A DNA stretch of 64,000 bases from Convolutriloba macropyga (taxonomy: Eukaryota), in assembly GCF_964194025.1 (NCBI RefSeq), contig NC_134470.1, positions 37,014,001 through 37,078,000 of the forward strand, read 5' to 3'. A model generated the notes under the pieces. The model was not told where the DNA came from, ran no database searches, and was given only the letters and a program-made list of their open reading frames with translations. The position numbers and the translations under genes were made by a program. Below are positions 39,570 through 51,354 of this stretch, one piece after another (the first letter of the stretch is position 1; every line of letters starts with the position of its first letter).

Positions 39570-42500
39570 GGATAAGAAACCATAAGGGACAGATAGCCAG
39601 TATCAGTATCGAAGCAGCGTTTAGTACAAGTTTAGTCATTTTGTTGCAAAACCGTGTTTGAATTTTACCAGTTTTAACGCAACGACGCATTGAGCTAAAT
39701 GGGGAGCGCAGCTCGTGCGCCTCCTGAAGAACCAGTTTTTTGAACGCTTCGATATCGAACGTGTTCTCCGCTGCTCTGTTAATAGTGAGACCTTTGAATT
39801 TAAAAACATTGTATTCAGCAGCTGTTTCATTATGGCGTCTATTTATACAGTAACATTTTGGCCCACCACTAAAAAAAAAATTATCAACCGTGACCGTTTT
39901 GTAAGCTCGTCCGTCATATCACCGAGACAGGAACCGATAGGTATATCCCTATGAGCATCCAAACCAATAACTTGCTCATCAATGTGCATTATACTGTCTG
40001 TATCACAGTATAAAACGTTGTGAGGATTTTTCACTTTCGAAATATGCTGATATAGTATGCTTCGGGCGTGGGAGGTTGTAAAGGCAGCCAAAACAACATT
40101 AGATTTTCTAGGAATACCAGCCGCATCGTTTGGTACTGAAGAAGCATCAAATCTTCTCCCACTAGAGTTGCGTCAATAACGCGAGAAAAATTAGATGTGA
40201 AGTATTTTACGACATCAGGGTAATTGTTGACATACCTCGTCTTTGGCAGGTTCTCACGCATACCAAGATAACCCCAAAAAGAATTGAGAATTTTTGAGAT
40301 GAAACATAAGCCTTCGTTCCGCTCCATATTCTCCTCATTCAGTTTAACCCCCTCTTTGAGTTCAAAGTCGCGCAGAAAGTCTTCTGTGGCTAAAAGTTTC
40401 AGTCTGATCATAGTTAGACTCTATTGGCCACCCACTCGCTTCTGTTTTTATCTTCCAAAAAATGTACTCCCGAAATAAGTTTGATGAGCGTCTTGCAGTG
40501 CTCCATGACCAAATTTCCGACACATCAATAACTCTGTAGCCCCAACGAATCCCTAATCGTAGTTCAACTGTCACAAATGTGCCCCAGAAAGCCCTATCAA
40601 GGTAATCACTGTGCGAGCATTTTGACCCATTGATTGAGATATTTGCCTGCTGGGATTTGTTAGAACTAGTGGTTTCGACGCAATTCCTGCAGAGCGGGAA
40701 AACAGTTTCGCATTATACTTGAAAGGGATAATTGGCAGCCAGAGATTCCTCGGCGGCAGAACAAGACATTTGATTAATCCAAAATATTCTTCATCCAAAA
40801 TTTTTTGTTCAACTTCCGAAGAGGGCTGACAATAAATGCAATCATTCGAACGTGATGCTAGCACTTTTCGTCGCTTAAGACTTAACGGATTTTCCCACAA
40901 ATTTTCATCAAAAACTGGAGCCACAAGCACAAAGTCAGGATGACCAACAGGATAAGGGCAAGACGCGTTAACATATGGGTGCCAGGAACAAATATCAGCA
41001 TACCGAAACTTTTGGTTACACTTCTTTTTGTGCCAACGTGTGCAGAAATTTTCTGTCCCACCGCCAACAAAAGCGTCTCTGGCTTTGAGTGGTGAAAAAA
41101 CTCGCTACTGCTTACCAGTTGTTTCAACTTTGACGTATAAAAGTAGCCGTTAGAAAAAGGAGCAATTTTTGCTGCTTCTTCAAAAGAATGATTGTTAACT
41201 AAATCATTAAATTGCCATTCCCAGATATTTTCAAATGACTCAATAACATAGTTTCAACCATCCGTCATTTTGGCGAAATTTGTTTTCAATTGGAGATTGG
41301 AGAAACTGAAATCTTTCTTGAAAAGTGAAACGAAGCTCTTCCATAGTCATTCCCAATTTCTTATTAAACTCTTTGCGATTTGGATAACATTTGTAGCAGC
41401 CGTGATAATAACAACCAAAAAACTCATAAATAACTGCTCTGTACACAACTTTAGAATCGCTGATCCAATCTTGTTCATCGGAGCGCTATTTTTTCAACAT
41501 GAGACCATCTACACGGAACAGGCCAATTTTTTGCTCTTGAAATTCTCTATCGTTTTTTGAAGCAGAACCACCCAAGGAGTTTGATTTGTAGAACTTGAAT
41601 TCAAAATTCTTGTTTTTTCTCTCCCGGTACGTTCGATCCAGCAGAGCCATTGATTAGCCGGGAACAAAGTTTTCTCCATCGACCGATATCCGTTTCCTTT
41701 TAAAATCACTATAGAGGCTGGAGGCATGAACAATTGTCGGTATATATAGTTACAGGCTGATGCAGCAGTACATGCTAATTGAAAGGGGTCAGTGTTGTTG
41801 CATGTTTTCTTAATCAGTCGTCGAAAAGTGGTAACGCCTTGTTTCAATAATTCAACGTCTGACTGGCAGTATTTTGTTAACTCGAGCTGAAAGTCGTAAA
41901 CTAGCAAGTTTTCCTTGTAAATTACCTATTGCTGTTGATGCCACTGAATGAAGTGATTAAATTCCTCAGTATCTTTTAGGGAATTAACGCCAAACAGACA
42001 ACGCGGCGGGAACTGTGCGGGTAGGAAGGCAAAATCTGGTTCTTGGCATTCTCTTGAATTCTCATGGCACTCTATTGGTAGCGTCCGTGCTGTGCAATTT
42101 GATCCTTGGAGTTTTGAAAGTCTGTCATCTTTCCTACTAATGCAGTGAGGGCAATCAGCGGAAACTATGTTCACTAAGCCGCATTCCTGTCCATTAGGGC
42201 GCGAAGAAATTGTATGAAAAGGTGTTTTACCTTCAAAAGCTGCAGATGAAGTAAGAAAATGGGGGAAATAACCCTTCTCCGTCTCTTCAATATTAAATGT
42301 CTTGGAAAATTTCCGAAGATGGATAGGTATGAACAGGCATGAATCAATTAACCGTTTATTTCGCACTTTGAGTGACAACTTTATTGCCTCTCAGAACAAT
42401 TTTTGGAATGAAACTTTGTTTCTGATATAGCCACTCCAAGATTGGCAGAAAGTCGTACCCACTTCCAAATTGAGCAAGATACCATTCGCACTTTCTGACA

Positions 42501-44220
42501 CGCTCTTTGTTGTCGAACAACCAAAGACAAAAATCGTTAACTGAATTGTAACCAACAAAAGATTCCTCAACTCCTGAAAATGATTTTGCAATCCGAAGAA
42601 CCGTTTTGTGTGCCATCTTTCGTTCGCAGCTCTGATCAGTTTCAATGTCAAAGACCCAAGTTTGTTCGTCTGGCACTGCTTGCTCGGCTTCTTCTTCCTA
42701 TCGCGAGAAGGAAGCGTCAGAACTGGACACTGAATTGAAGAGGTTACTCCTCTTTGATTTTTTGCAGGCAAAATTTCCCTTATCATCATCAACAGTCGTT
42801 CTTTCACCAACAACAGTCTCCAGGGCTGCACGTGCCCATTTTTTGGGGCTCTGTACAAAACACTTGTGTTTCTTTCCTTGTGAGAAATCGTAAAATTGAT
42901 AAGTTGCGCACCGTTTTTTGCTGCATTGATGAGTGGACGCCGAGTGCCGGGAAACAGTAAGATTGCACCCAGGACATTTGTAGAAGTAAGAGCAAATACG
43001 TTGTGTTATATGCGCAACCAAGCTCAGCTGACTCTTCAAAAGTAGTCCACAAGTTTGGCAACGATACGTAGAACACGTCTGTAGTCCAAAAAAATCAGTA
43101 TTGAAAGCAGTAGAAGCCCTGTTTCTGCAGTTTGGCATACGGCACTCTGTGCACGAACTGTGTGCACACAAGTGTTTAACAGTAGGGAATCCTTTATGAC
43201 AAGCATATCAGTAAAACAGAACGCTGAACAGGCCCTTCATTGAAGTGATTACATCAACGTGCTCTGCGTCTGAGTTGTACAACAAATCAATGTGCTTCTC
43301 CTGGCCGTCGTTGAAACTTTTCAAATAAACACCCATGAACTTTGCATCGTACACAGTTATGTTGTAGGGTATTAGACTTACAGTTTTTGCCGACATAGAC
43401 AGATCGTCAAGAGTCCATTTTTTATTCGAGCTGTTTTCGAAATCAATATCTGAATTTGAAAACCGTTTCAGTTTGAATATCAACTGTTTTTTTTTCAAAT
43501 CGTGCTTGTATTTTTTGAAAATTGTTTCCTTGCCTGTTGTAATCCATTATCTGCCAGAGCCATGCCTACGCCTAGTGCTGCTAATAAGCAATTATTTGAT
43601 TCATCTGTATGAATAGATATAACTGATCCCTTCTGTGATATGAAAGTTAGTACGTCGGGGATAGTTCGATTATCAATTCCGCCTATTTTATAGCCACCCA
43701 TTGCAGGTAAAGACACCGATAACACATTCACTTCCATATCGCTACTTATGTCGACCCCTTGTTTGAATTTAAAACACGATCTATTTCATTCAGCACAAGA
43801 ACTGGGTAACTCAGACTTGGACCATTTAGAACCAAGCGTATACGGTGATTAGTGTTTTCGTTTTCACGGTTTAATTCTTCAATGAGGAAATTTATCAATT
43901 GATTAAAAATGTCTTTGACTTTGTCAATTTGTGTTTCAATACCTCGGAAACTGACCTCGAAGTCGCGACTGACCGCTTGTAAGGAGCTCTTTCTTTTCGG
44001 TCTTCGTGTTACTTGATAAAAGGTTGAGTGATCAAAACCACTAACCAAGCTCACCTCTGGTGCATTTGCTACAGTAGCGTTGCTGCTGTTGCCATTAGTG
44101 TGTGTGTTTTCACTTGACAAGATCAGTGTCTGAAAAGAGGTATCAAATTTAGAACCTGATTCTTCAATTAATAGTTTAAGACGACGGTCTGTTTGTGTGG
44201 TTTATAGAGAGAACAATCAT
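39570..44220 (-). pseudogene. Protein-primed family B DNA polymerase (pPolB) with N-terminal OTU-like protease, Cys-rich region and Vsr-like insertion
   Basis: VFDIET, FGSGYDF, IDSCLFIP, EKGYFPH, KYCQSDV, YEFFGCYYHGC, KILNSFWGYLG, AAFTTSHAR, LYCDTDS, LGDMTDE, C-terminal PYGF; many frameshifts. Confidence 0.95.
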
Positions 44221-44472
44221 CAATTTCGAACAGCAATAAAAAAATGTTAAACAGAATTCGTGTTCTACTTTAAGTTGACACAAGAACAAAGTATTGTGTC
44301 ATCATAACATAATTATAAAACTCGAGTACAAAGAGTGAACGCATCAGAAATTACAAATGAAAAAGTTTGTTTGGAAAATGATTTGCGGCATTAAATACAG
44401 CAGCATGGGTGGTAAAAGGATAGAGCAAGTTTTACTTTAAATTTGAAAGCAACAGTTAAAGGCACAATTTAC

Positions 44473-44841
44473 TCATTTGTTGACCGGTTTCTTAACATAT
44501 TTACAGGCAAAAACCGCTACCTTATAAAGAAGACATTCTTTGGCTTCAGATTTGAGGAACCACCAAGACGTAGAAGAACTTCTCCAAGTTTTTGACAGGT
44601 TCGTTCCATCAGATACGTCATGCTGAACCACTGAAAACCAGTCAAAAACTCTTTGATATTTCGGAAGCGAATGAAGTCGTAAACCCTCGTCTCTGAGGCC
44701 TTTTAAAAGCTGCACCGCCCTCACATCGTTCACCTCTTTTAATCGAATACGTTCACTTGCTTCCATTAGTGAATCGTTCCACGCCGCAATACATTTGTCA
44801 AGATAGACAACCCTTTCATCTGCACTGGCGTGTACATTCAT
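44473..44841 (-). CDS. Hypothetical Maverick protein (~122 aa)
   Basis: Intact ORF from ATG 44841, preceded by gtttcag. Confidence 0.55.
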   Translation of the reverse strand: MNVHASADERVVYLDKCIAAWNDSLMEASERIRLKEVNDVRAVQLLKGLRDEGLRLHSLPKYQRVFDWFSVVQHDVSDGTNLSKTWRSSSTSWWFLKSEAKECLLYKVAVFACKYVKKPVNK

Positions 44842-45118
44842 TTCACTGAAACGCAGCAAATACGTTAGAAACCGCAACAACAAAATCAGTTTGATTAACA
44901 ATTGATTGGAAAGATATCATTCGATTCTTTTGAAAAGTCTGCCCAATAGTTGACACGTTTTTTCTCTCAAAAAGCTGCAGGTTTAACCCGGATATAAATT
45001 TAAGTACTTTACTATCAGTAAAAACACTGAACTATACATAAAATCTGAAGGTGAAAGATAGGCAGCTTACAAAAATTATAAACGTTCGAAAAAACGTTAT
45101 AATCTAGTTTATAAACAA

Positions 45119-45535
45119 TCACTCTGGGATCGTCGCTGGTTTCTGTGCCTCATTACGCTGTCTATATTCTTGCGATAAATTGAACGCTCTTAAGCTGAGT
45201 GCTTTTGCGTCGTCATGCATGTCAATTTTTCTGTAACAATCCGCCAGCCTCAAATAAATTCGTTCGAGTGTCTTGTTCAGTCGATTCCATTGAAATAAGG
45301 AAGCGAAACGTCTGATGATTCCCATATGGTAGAGCAAATTTCCAAAAGCCTTTGTGCTTTCCAGGTTTCTCAGAGCTTCTATCCATGTACAGGATCTGTT
45401 ATCTATCGAAATGGTAATTGACTGATGTGACAGCTCCAGTTGACGAAAAGCTATCTCAACTTTTTCGTTAACTTCAACTTCTTTTGAGCATGACGGGTTA
45501 GCAGACATTGCACATGGTTGATTTCCACTCTGCAT
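45119..45535 (-). CDS. Helical protein with a TPR-like motif
   Basis: Intact 138-aa ORF; IYLRLADCYRKIDMHDDAKALSLRAFNL fits a TPR pattern; preceded by tttttcag. Confidence 0.55.
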   Translation of the reverse strand: MQSGNQPCAMSANPSCSKEVEVNEKVEIAFRQLELSHQSITISIDNRSCTWIEALRNLESTKAFGNLLYHMGIIRRFASLFQWNRLNKTLERIYLRLADCYRKIDMHDDAKALSLRAFNLSQEYRQRNEAQKPATIPE

Positions 45536-45916
45536 TTTGTGGTCTGAAAAACAGAGAACTGGCTGAATTGGTGATCTTGTGAGAACATTTGTTTTTTTTT
45601 AATTGAATTTGACACTCATTCATCATAATACTATTAAAGACAAGGTGGTTTTGAATAAACTTGCTTCTTGCAGTTGGTCGTTGAAATTAAAAATAAGGGA
45701 AAAAATTTGGTAGTAAAACAACTAAACATGACTGACTGTCTTAGCATAAGATGAAAAGTAATACACATAAGAAAGAAAAAGCGTACAATAAATTTTTAGA
45801 CATATCAAAATCCGCGCAAGAAAAATGAATTATGGTATGTTGAACATTTTGCTATGCTATGGTTTGGCAGCGAAGAATCAAGTCTACAAGAGTCACATTC
45901 GAGCATGTCAGCATTT

Positions 45917-46689
45917 TCATACAAGTTTCTTATACACTTTTGATCGCCTCTCGTCTTCAATGTTATTGAACAGATCGCTTTTTGCTTCGTACAAAAAACC
46001 AAGCATCCAAAAATAGCGCTTGATGTTATTTGTTTCCGGGGAACCTATGTTTATTTGGAGAAGTAGGCTCTTTAAATTAGCTATCATGAAGTCAAAAGCA
46101 GTATTCAATTTTTCTCGCGTTGCAACATATTTGAACTTCGCATAAAGATCATCACATTGACCCTCTGCGATAGCCTTGAGCATCATGTTGCACAGCAATA
46201 TTTGATTTGTTTGTTTACTGACAACTTTCTTCACTACGTCAATCCCGAACATTTGCGCTATCTGGGTTATTTGAACATTTCCACTACCCTAAACAGAACA
46301 CAATAAAATTATTGAGGCTCAGCAAATTATCGAAGTGATTTGTTTTTTGTATCTTTTAGGGTTCGATACTGCCCATCTCAATACAGTACAGTATATGTCA
46401 TCCTTCAAAACATGGGGTGTTTTTAAAGCTAAAAGCTTCTTATTACCTCGTCAGTAACGTCTTCATCGTCCAAGTCAACAACTTCAGTGGTAGAGCTCGC
46501 TTGTTGGGAGTTGTCGTCGACAGACTCTTCGATTTCAATCCGGTTGGAATTGCCTTCATCATCCTCTAGTGTAACATGAAAACCGTCCGGTTGCCTTGTC
46601 AAACGTGCCCGCTTCACAGCAAGATTAAGGCCGCGACTAAGGTCAATTGCTTCACAACTCACTGCTTCAGAAGAACTGACAGAAGTCAT
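45917..46689 (-). pseudogene. Three-exon accessory gene (acidic N-terminus with AIDLS and VVDLDDED motifs), copy 1
   Basis: Exons 46447-46689, 46331-46402 and 45917-46288 join in phase 0 through 44-nt (GT-AG) and 42-nt (AT-AG, donor apparently mutated) introns. Confidence 0.55.
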
Positions 46690-46949
46690 TGATACTTGTC
46701 TGAAAAACACAGTACTATAAGCTTGTTCAAGGTTTGAAAAAAGGACCAACAATAGCTGGAATGAGGTGACGAGTAAAAGCTGCAAAAAATGTTTTTTATT
46801 TAAAAAACAGTAGCAAACGAATACAAACGTATCGTATATAGGTTGATCAAGGAGAGGAGAATAATAATCAGGTAAGCAATCAATCAGTTGGATCAAAGCT
46901 GTGTGATATCATTCAGACGGTTTCATTTTTTCATATTGGAAGAATTGCT

Positions 46950-47585
46950 CTTCACTATTTGACTAGCTTTGAATTTGACTGGGGATCGCCAAATATCTGC
47001 ATCCTGTTCATTTCTAAATGAGACATCCTCTGTAACAGGGATAGCAAAGTCCTCGGAAAGTCGTCCCCAACTTGAGACTTGGTTTATATTTCACCTTCGT
47101 CGCCGATCGTTTCGCCATTTATTTTGTGTTCAACTTCCACAACTTTCGTCTTCATTTTCTTCCCTTCAACAAAGGCGCTATTGCATCTAATTGCTTCAAG
47201 GGATTGCCAGCTCAAAAGACTCCCGCAGTGCCAAATCTGTCAAGCTCAAGGTGTCACTGGATTTACTACCAATAATTTTTGTGACGTTGATCATTTCGTC
47301 CATTATGAGCTATAAACTCGATTGTCGTGTCCATTTATCAGTTATTGTATTGATTTTTGAATCAACCGTAGTTGTTAGTTTGAAGACCTTAATGTAAGCG
47401 TATACGCTCGTTTCAAATTTTCTGAGCCCGACTCTTACAAATCGGTTGTTTTTTGGATCCAGGTCCCACACGTTATCCGATTTTGATACCCCAAGATCTT
47501 CTTCAGGCGTTATTCCGGTGAAAGGCTGTGCATTTTGTCGCTCGAGGTCACTTTGTTCTTTTCGTTTTCTGATCCAGTGCGCCAT
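46950..47585 (-). pseudogene. PC4/Sub1-like ssDNA-binding protein, copy 1
   Basis: VWDLDPKNNRFVRVGLRKFETSVYAYIKVF...W...SL*LIMDE resembles the PC4 pattern; broken by stops. Confidence 0.4.
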
Positions 47586-47609
47586 TCTAAATTATTGCAA
47601 GCAATGAAA

Positions 47610-48329
47610 CTATGAACTAATTTTTTGAAAGAAAAGTGTTGCGTAGGTACGAACAGCTCCCGTGAAAGGTATCAGTTTCCCAGTATCACTTCGAATTTCA
47701 ATCAAAATATCTTGAATATAGGTTTTATTAACAAGCTTAGCTTGAGTTTTGTCAAAAGAGTGACGATATACAGCTGGATATCCGAAACGGCCTGCGATGG
47801 AGGACTCCACCTTTTCAGGACCGATTTGAGTTGCGTCAGATAAAGGGAAAGATCTCAATAAGGTTGCCTTGGTATTGCCAACAAACTGTGGCTCAATAAT
47901 GTCACGACAAACAAAAGCAAGATGATAAATTGATATCCGTTGGAAAAACTGGCTTATCTTCAAACTGGTTGGTTCCGGAGGAAAGTTTATTATGCGTCTC
48001 CAACGGAGATTTCTCTAATCCTAATATGTATCTGAGATCATCGGTAACATTTGTCAGATGAACACAGTCCTTTCCTTCGCATAGAACAACAAAGCCTTTG
48101 GACGTAAGTTCATTTTTCGGGAAAAACTGAAAACCTTTTTTACTTTATCGAAAATAGATTCTTGTCCTCTGGATGAATAGATTCCTTTTTCCATGTTATC
48201 AATCAATTCGAACACGCTATTGTACAAACATTTAGGAACGCGACAATTTGATAAGTAGATGCCAAGTTTTCCATTGATATAGTAAAATTTACCTTCAACG
48301 ATATTGAAGAACTTTTTTGGGCAAGTTAT
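47610..48329 (-). pseudogene. Minor capsid protein, 5'-truncated duplicate
   Basis: Copy of 50133-50852. Confidence 0.85.
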
Positions 48330-48437
48330 TGAAGAACTTTTTTGGGCACTCAATGGTATGTTGAACATTTTGCTATGCTATGGTTTGGCAGCGAAGAATC
48401 AAGTCTTCAAGAGTCACATTCGAGCATGTCAGCATTT

Positions 48438-49210
48438 TCATACAAGTTTCTTATACACTTTTGATCGCCTCTCGTCTTCAATGTCATTGAACAGATCGCT
48501 TTTTGCTTCGTACAAAAAACCAAGCATCCAAAAATAGCGCTTGATGTTATTTGTTTCCGGGGAACCTATGATTATTTGGAGAAGTAGGCTCTTTAAATTA
48601 GCTATCATGAAGTCAAAAGCAGTATTCAATTTTTCTCGCGTTGCAACATATTTGAACTTCGCATAAAGATCATCACATTGACCCTCTGCGATAGCCTTGA
48701 GCATCATGTTGCACAGCAATATTTGATTTGTTTGTTTACTGACAACTTTCTTCACTACGTCAATCCCGAACATTTGCGCTATCTGGGTTATTTGAACATT
48801 TCCACTACCCTAAACAGAACACAATAAAATTATTGAGGCTCAGCAAATTATCGAAGTGATTTGTTTTTTGTATCTTTTAGGGTTCGATACTGCCCATCTC
48901 AATACAGTACAGTATATGTCATCCTTCAAAACATGGGGTGTTTTTAAAGCTAAAAGCTTCTTATTACCTCGTCAGTAACGTCTTCATCGTCCAAGTCAAC
49001 AACTTCAGTGGTAGAGCTCGCTTGTTGGGAGTTGTCGTCGACAGACTCTTCGATTTCAATCCGGTTGGAATTGCCTTCATCATCCTCTAGTGTAACATGA
49101 AAACCGTCCGGTTGCCTTGTCAAACGTGCCCGCTTCACAGCAAGATTAAGGCCGCGACTAAGGTCAATTGCTTCGCAACTCACTGCTTCAGAAGAACTGA
49201 CAGAAGTCAT
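48438..49210 (-). pseudogene. Three-exon accessory gene, copy 2
   Basis: Duplicate of 45917-46689. Confidence 0.55.
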
Positions 49211-49469
49211 TGATACTTGTCTGAAAAACACAGTACTATAAGCTTGTTCGAGGTTTGAAAAAAGGACCAACAATAGCTGGAATGAGGTGACGAGTAAAAG
49301 CTGCAAAAAATGTTTTTTATTTAAAAAACAGTAGCAAACGAATACAAACGTATCGTATATAGGTTGATCAAGGAGAGGAGAATAATAATCAGGTAGGCAA
49401 TCAATCAGTTGGATCAAAGCTGTGTGATATCATTCAGACGGTTTAAAATTTTTTCATATTGGAAGAATT

Positions 49470-50108
49470 GCTCTTCACTATTTGACTAGCTTTGAATTTG
49501 ACTGGGGATCGCCAAATATCTGCATCCTGTTCATTTCAAAATGAGACATCCTCTGTAACAGGGATAGCAAAGTCCTCGGAAAGTCGTCCCCAACTTGAGA
49601 CTGGGTTTATATTTCACCTTCGTCGCCGATCGTTTCGCCATTTAATTTGTGTTCAACTTCCACAACTTTCGTCTTCATTTTCTTCCCTTCAACAAAGGCG
49701 CTATTGCATCTAATTGCTTCAAGGGATTGCCAGCTCAAAAGACTCCCGCAGTGCCAAATCTGTCAAGCTCAAGGTGTCACTGGATTTACTACCAATAATT
49801 TTTGTGACGTTGATCATTTCGTCCATTGTGAGCTATAAACTCGATTGTCGTGTCCATTTATCAGTTATTGTATTGATTTTTGAATCAACCGTAGTTGTTA
49901 GTTTGATGACCTTAATGTAAGCGTATACGCTCGTTTCAAATTTTCTGAGCCCGACTCTTACAAATCGGTTGTTTTTTGGATCCAGGTCCCACACGTTATC
50001 CGATTTTGATACCTCAAGATCTTCTTCAGGCGTTATTCCGGTGAAAGGCTGTGCATTTTGTCGCTCGAGGTCATTTTCTTCTTTTCGTTTTCTGATCCAG
50101 TGCGCCAT
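49470..50108 (-). pseudogene. PC4/Sub1-like protein, copy 2
   Basis: Duplicate of 46950-47585. Confidence 0.4.
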
Positions 50109-50132
50109 TCTAAATTATTGCAAGCAATGAAA

Positions 50133-51005
50133 CTATGAACTAATTTTTTGAAAGAAAAGTGTTGCGTAGGTACGAACAGCTCCCGTGAAAGGTATGAGTT
50201 TCCCAGTATCACTTCGAATTTCAATCAAAATATCTTGAATATAGGTTTTATTAACAAGCTTAGCTTGAGTTTTGTCAAAAGAGTGACGATATACAGCTGG
50301 ATATCCGAAACGGCCTGCGATGGAGGACTCCACCTTTTCAGGACCGATTTGAGTTGCGTCAGATAAAGGGAAAGATCTCAATAAGGTTGCCTTGGTATTG
50401 CCAACAAACTGTGGCTCAATAATGTCACGACAAACAAAAGCAAGATGATAAATTGATATCCGTTGGAAAAACTGGCTTATCTTCAAACTGATTGGTTCCG
50501 GAGGAAAGTTTATTATGCGTCTCCAACGGAGATTTCTCTAATCCTAATATGTATCTGAGATCATCGGTAACATTTGTCAGATGAACACAGTCCTTTCCTT
50601 CGCATAGAACAACAAAACCTTTGGACGTGAGTTCATTTCTCGGGAAAAACTGAAAACCTTTTTTACTTTATCGAAAATAGATTCTTGTCCTCTGGATGAA
50701 TAGATTCCTTTTTCCATGTTATCAATCAATTCGAACACGCTATTGTACAAACATTTAGGAACGCGACAATTTGATAAGTAGATGCCAAGTTTTCCATTGA
50801 TATAGTAAAATTTACCTTCAACGATATTGAAGAACTTTTTTGGGCAAGTTATGCTAGAGAGGGAAACGGTCCACTGATTATCGTTAAGTTCTAGAGGTGC
50901 ACTGAGTGATGTACGGAAGGACGCAAGTGTATTGTCGGGATAGCAATCAAGCGACGCAATGGATGATAAATCAATCGTAAAGAAACTGTTTTCTAATTTT
51001 GTCAT
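50133..51005 (-). pseudogene. Minor capsid (penton) protein
   Basis: FFTIDLSSIASLDCYPDNTLASFRTSLSAPLEL...WTVSLSSI and DIIEPQFVGNTKATLLRSF...IEIRSDTGKLIPF, typical N- and C-terminal motifs of Polinton minor capsid proteins. Confidence 0.88.
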
Positions 51006-51354
51006 CAAAAGGTTGCAATCACCACTGCCTAAAGTTGGCAAGCACTTCCTCTTTAAAATAATTTTAAAAAACCGCTTATGGCGCAAACTGTGTTTTAATC
51101 AAAATTTTAACTTAATAACAATGTCGGAATGAAGACCAAGATGCTTTTGGATATAAGTTGGATGACACTCCTCCACTTTTTTTCTTCCAATGAGAAACAA
51201 AATTTAGTAGTGCAAGCTAATCTAAAACAAAGTGGAAGGGCTGTTTTTTTAAAAAACGCAAACAAGACCTCGTAAAACGCAAACAAAACGCAAGTAAAAA
51301 TGAGAAATCACTAATTTATTTTTGTTGATGAAAAGCAAAAACAGCGAAAGAACG

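Larger units (their letters stand above)
45832..50852. repeat. Internal tandem duplication 2 (~2.5 kb: 45832-48329 and 48353-50852)
   Basis: Near-identical copies at offset 2521-2523; 23-nt junction insert at 48330-48352. Confidence 0.96.

Noticed and set aside
44121-44140. TTTTCAG before pPolB as evidence of an adenovirus-like spliced N-terminus
   Set aside because: The frame stays open upstream and an ATG at 44220 is one frameshift away, so it is ambiguous
33700-47000. LxCxE Rb-binding motif in accessory proteins
   Set aside because: Only near-misses (FLCEE, LSCET, LECDS)
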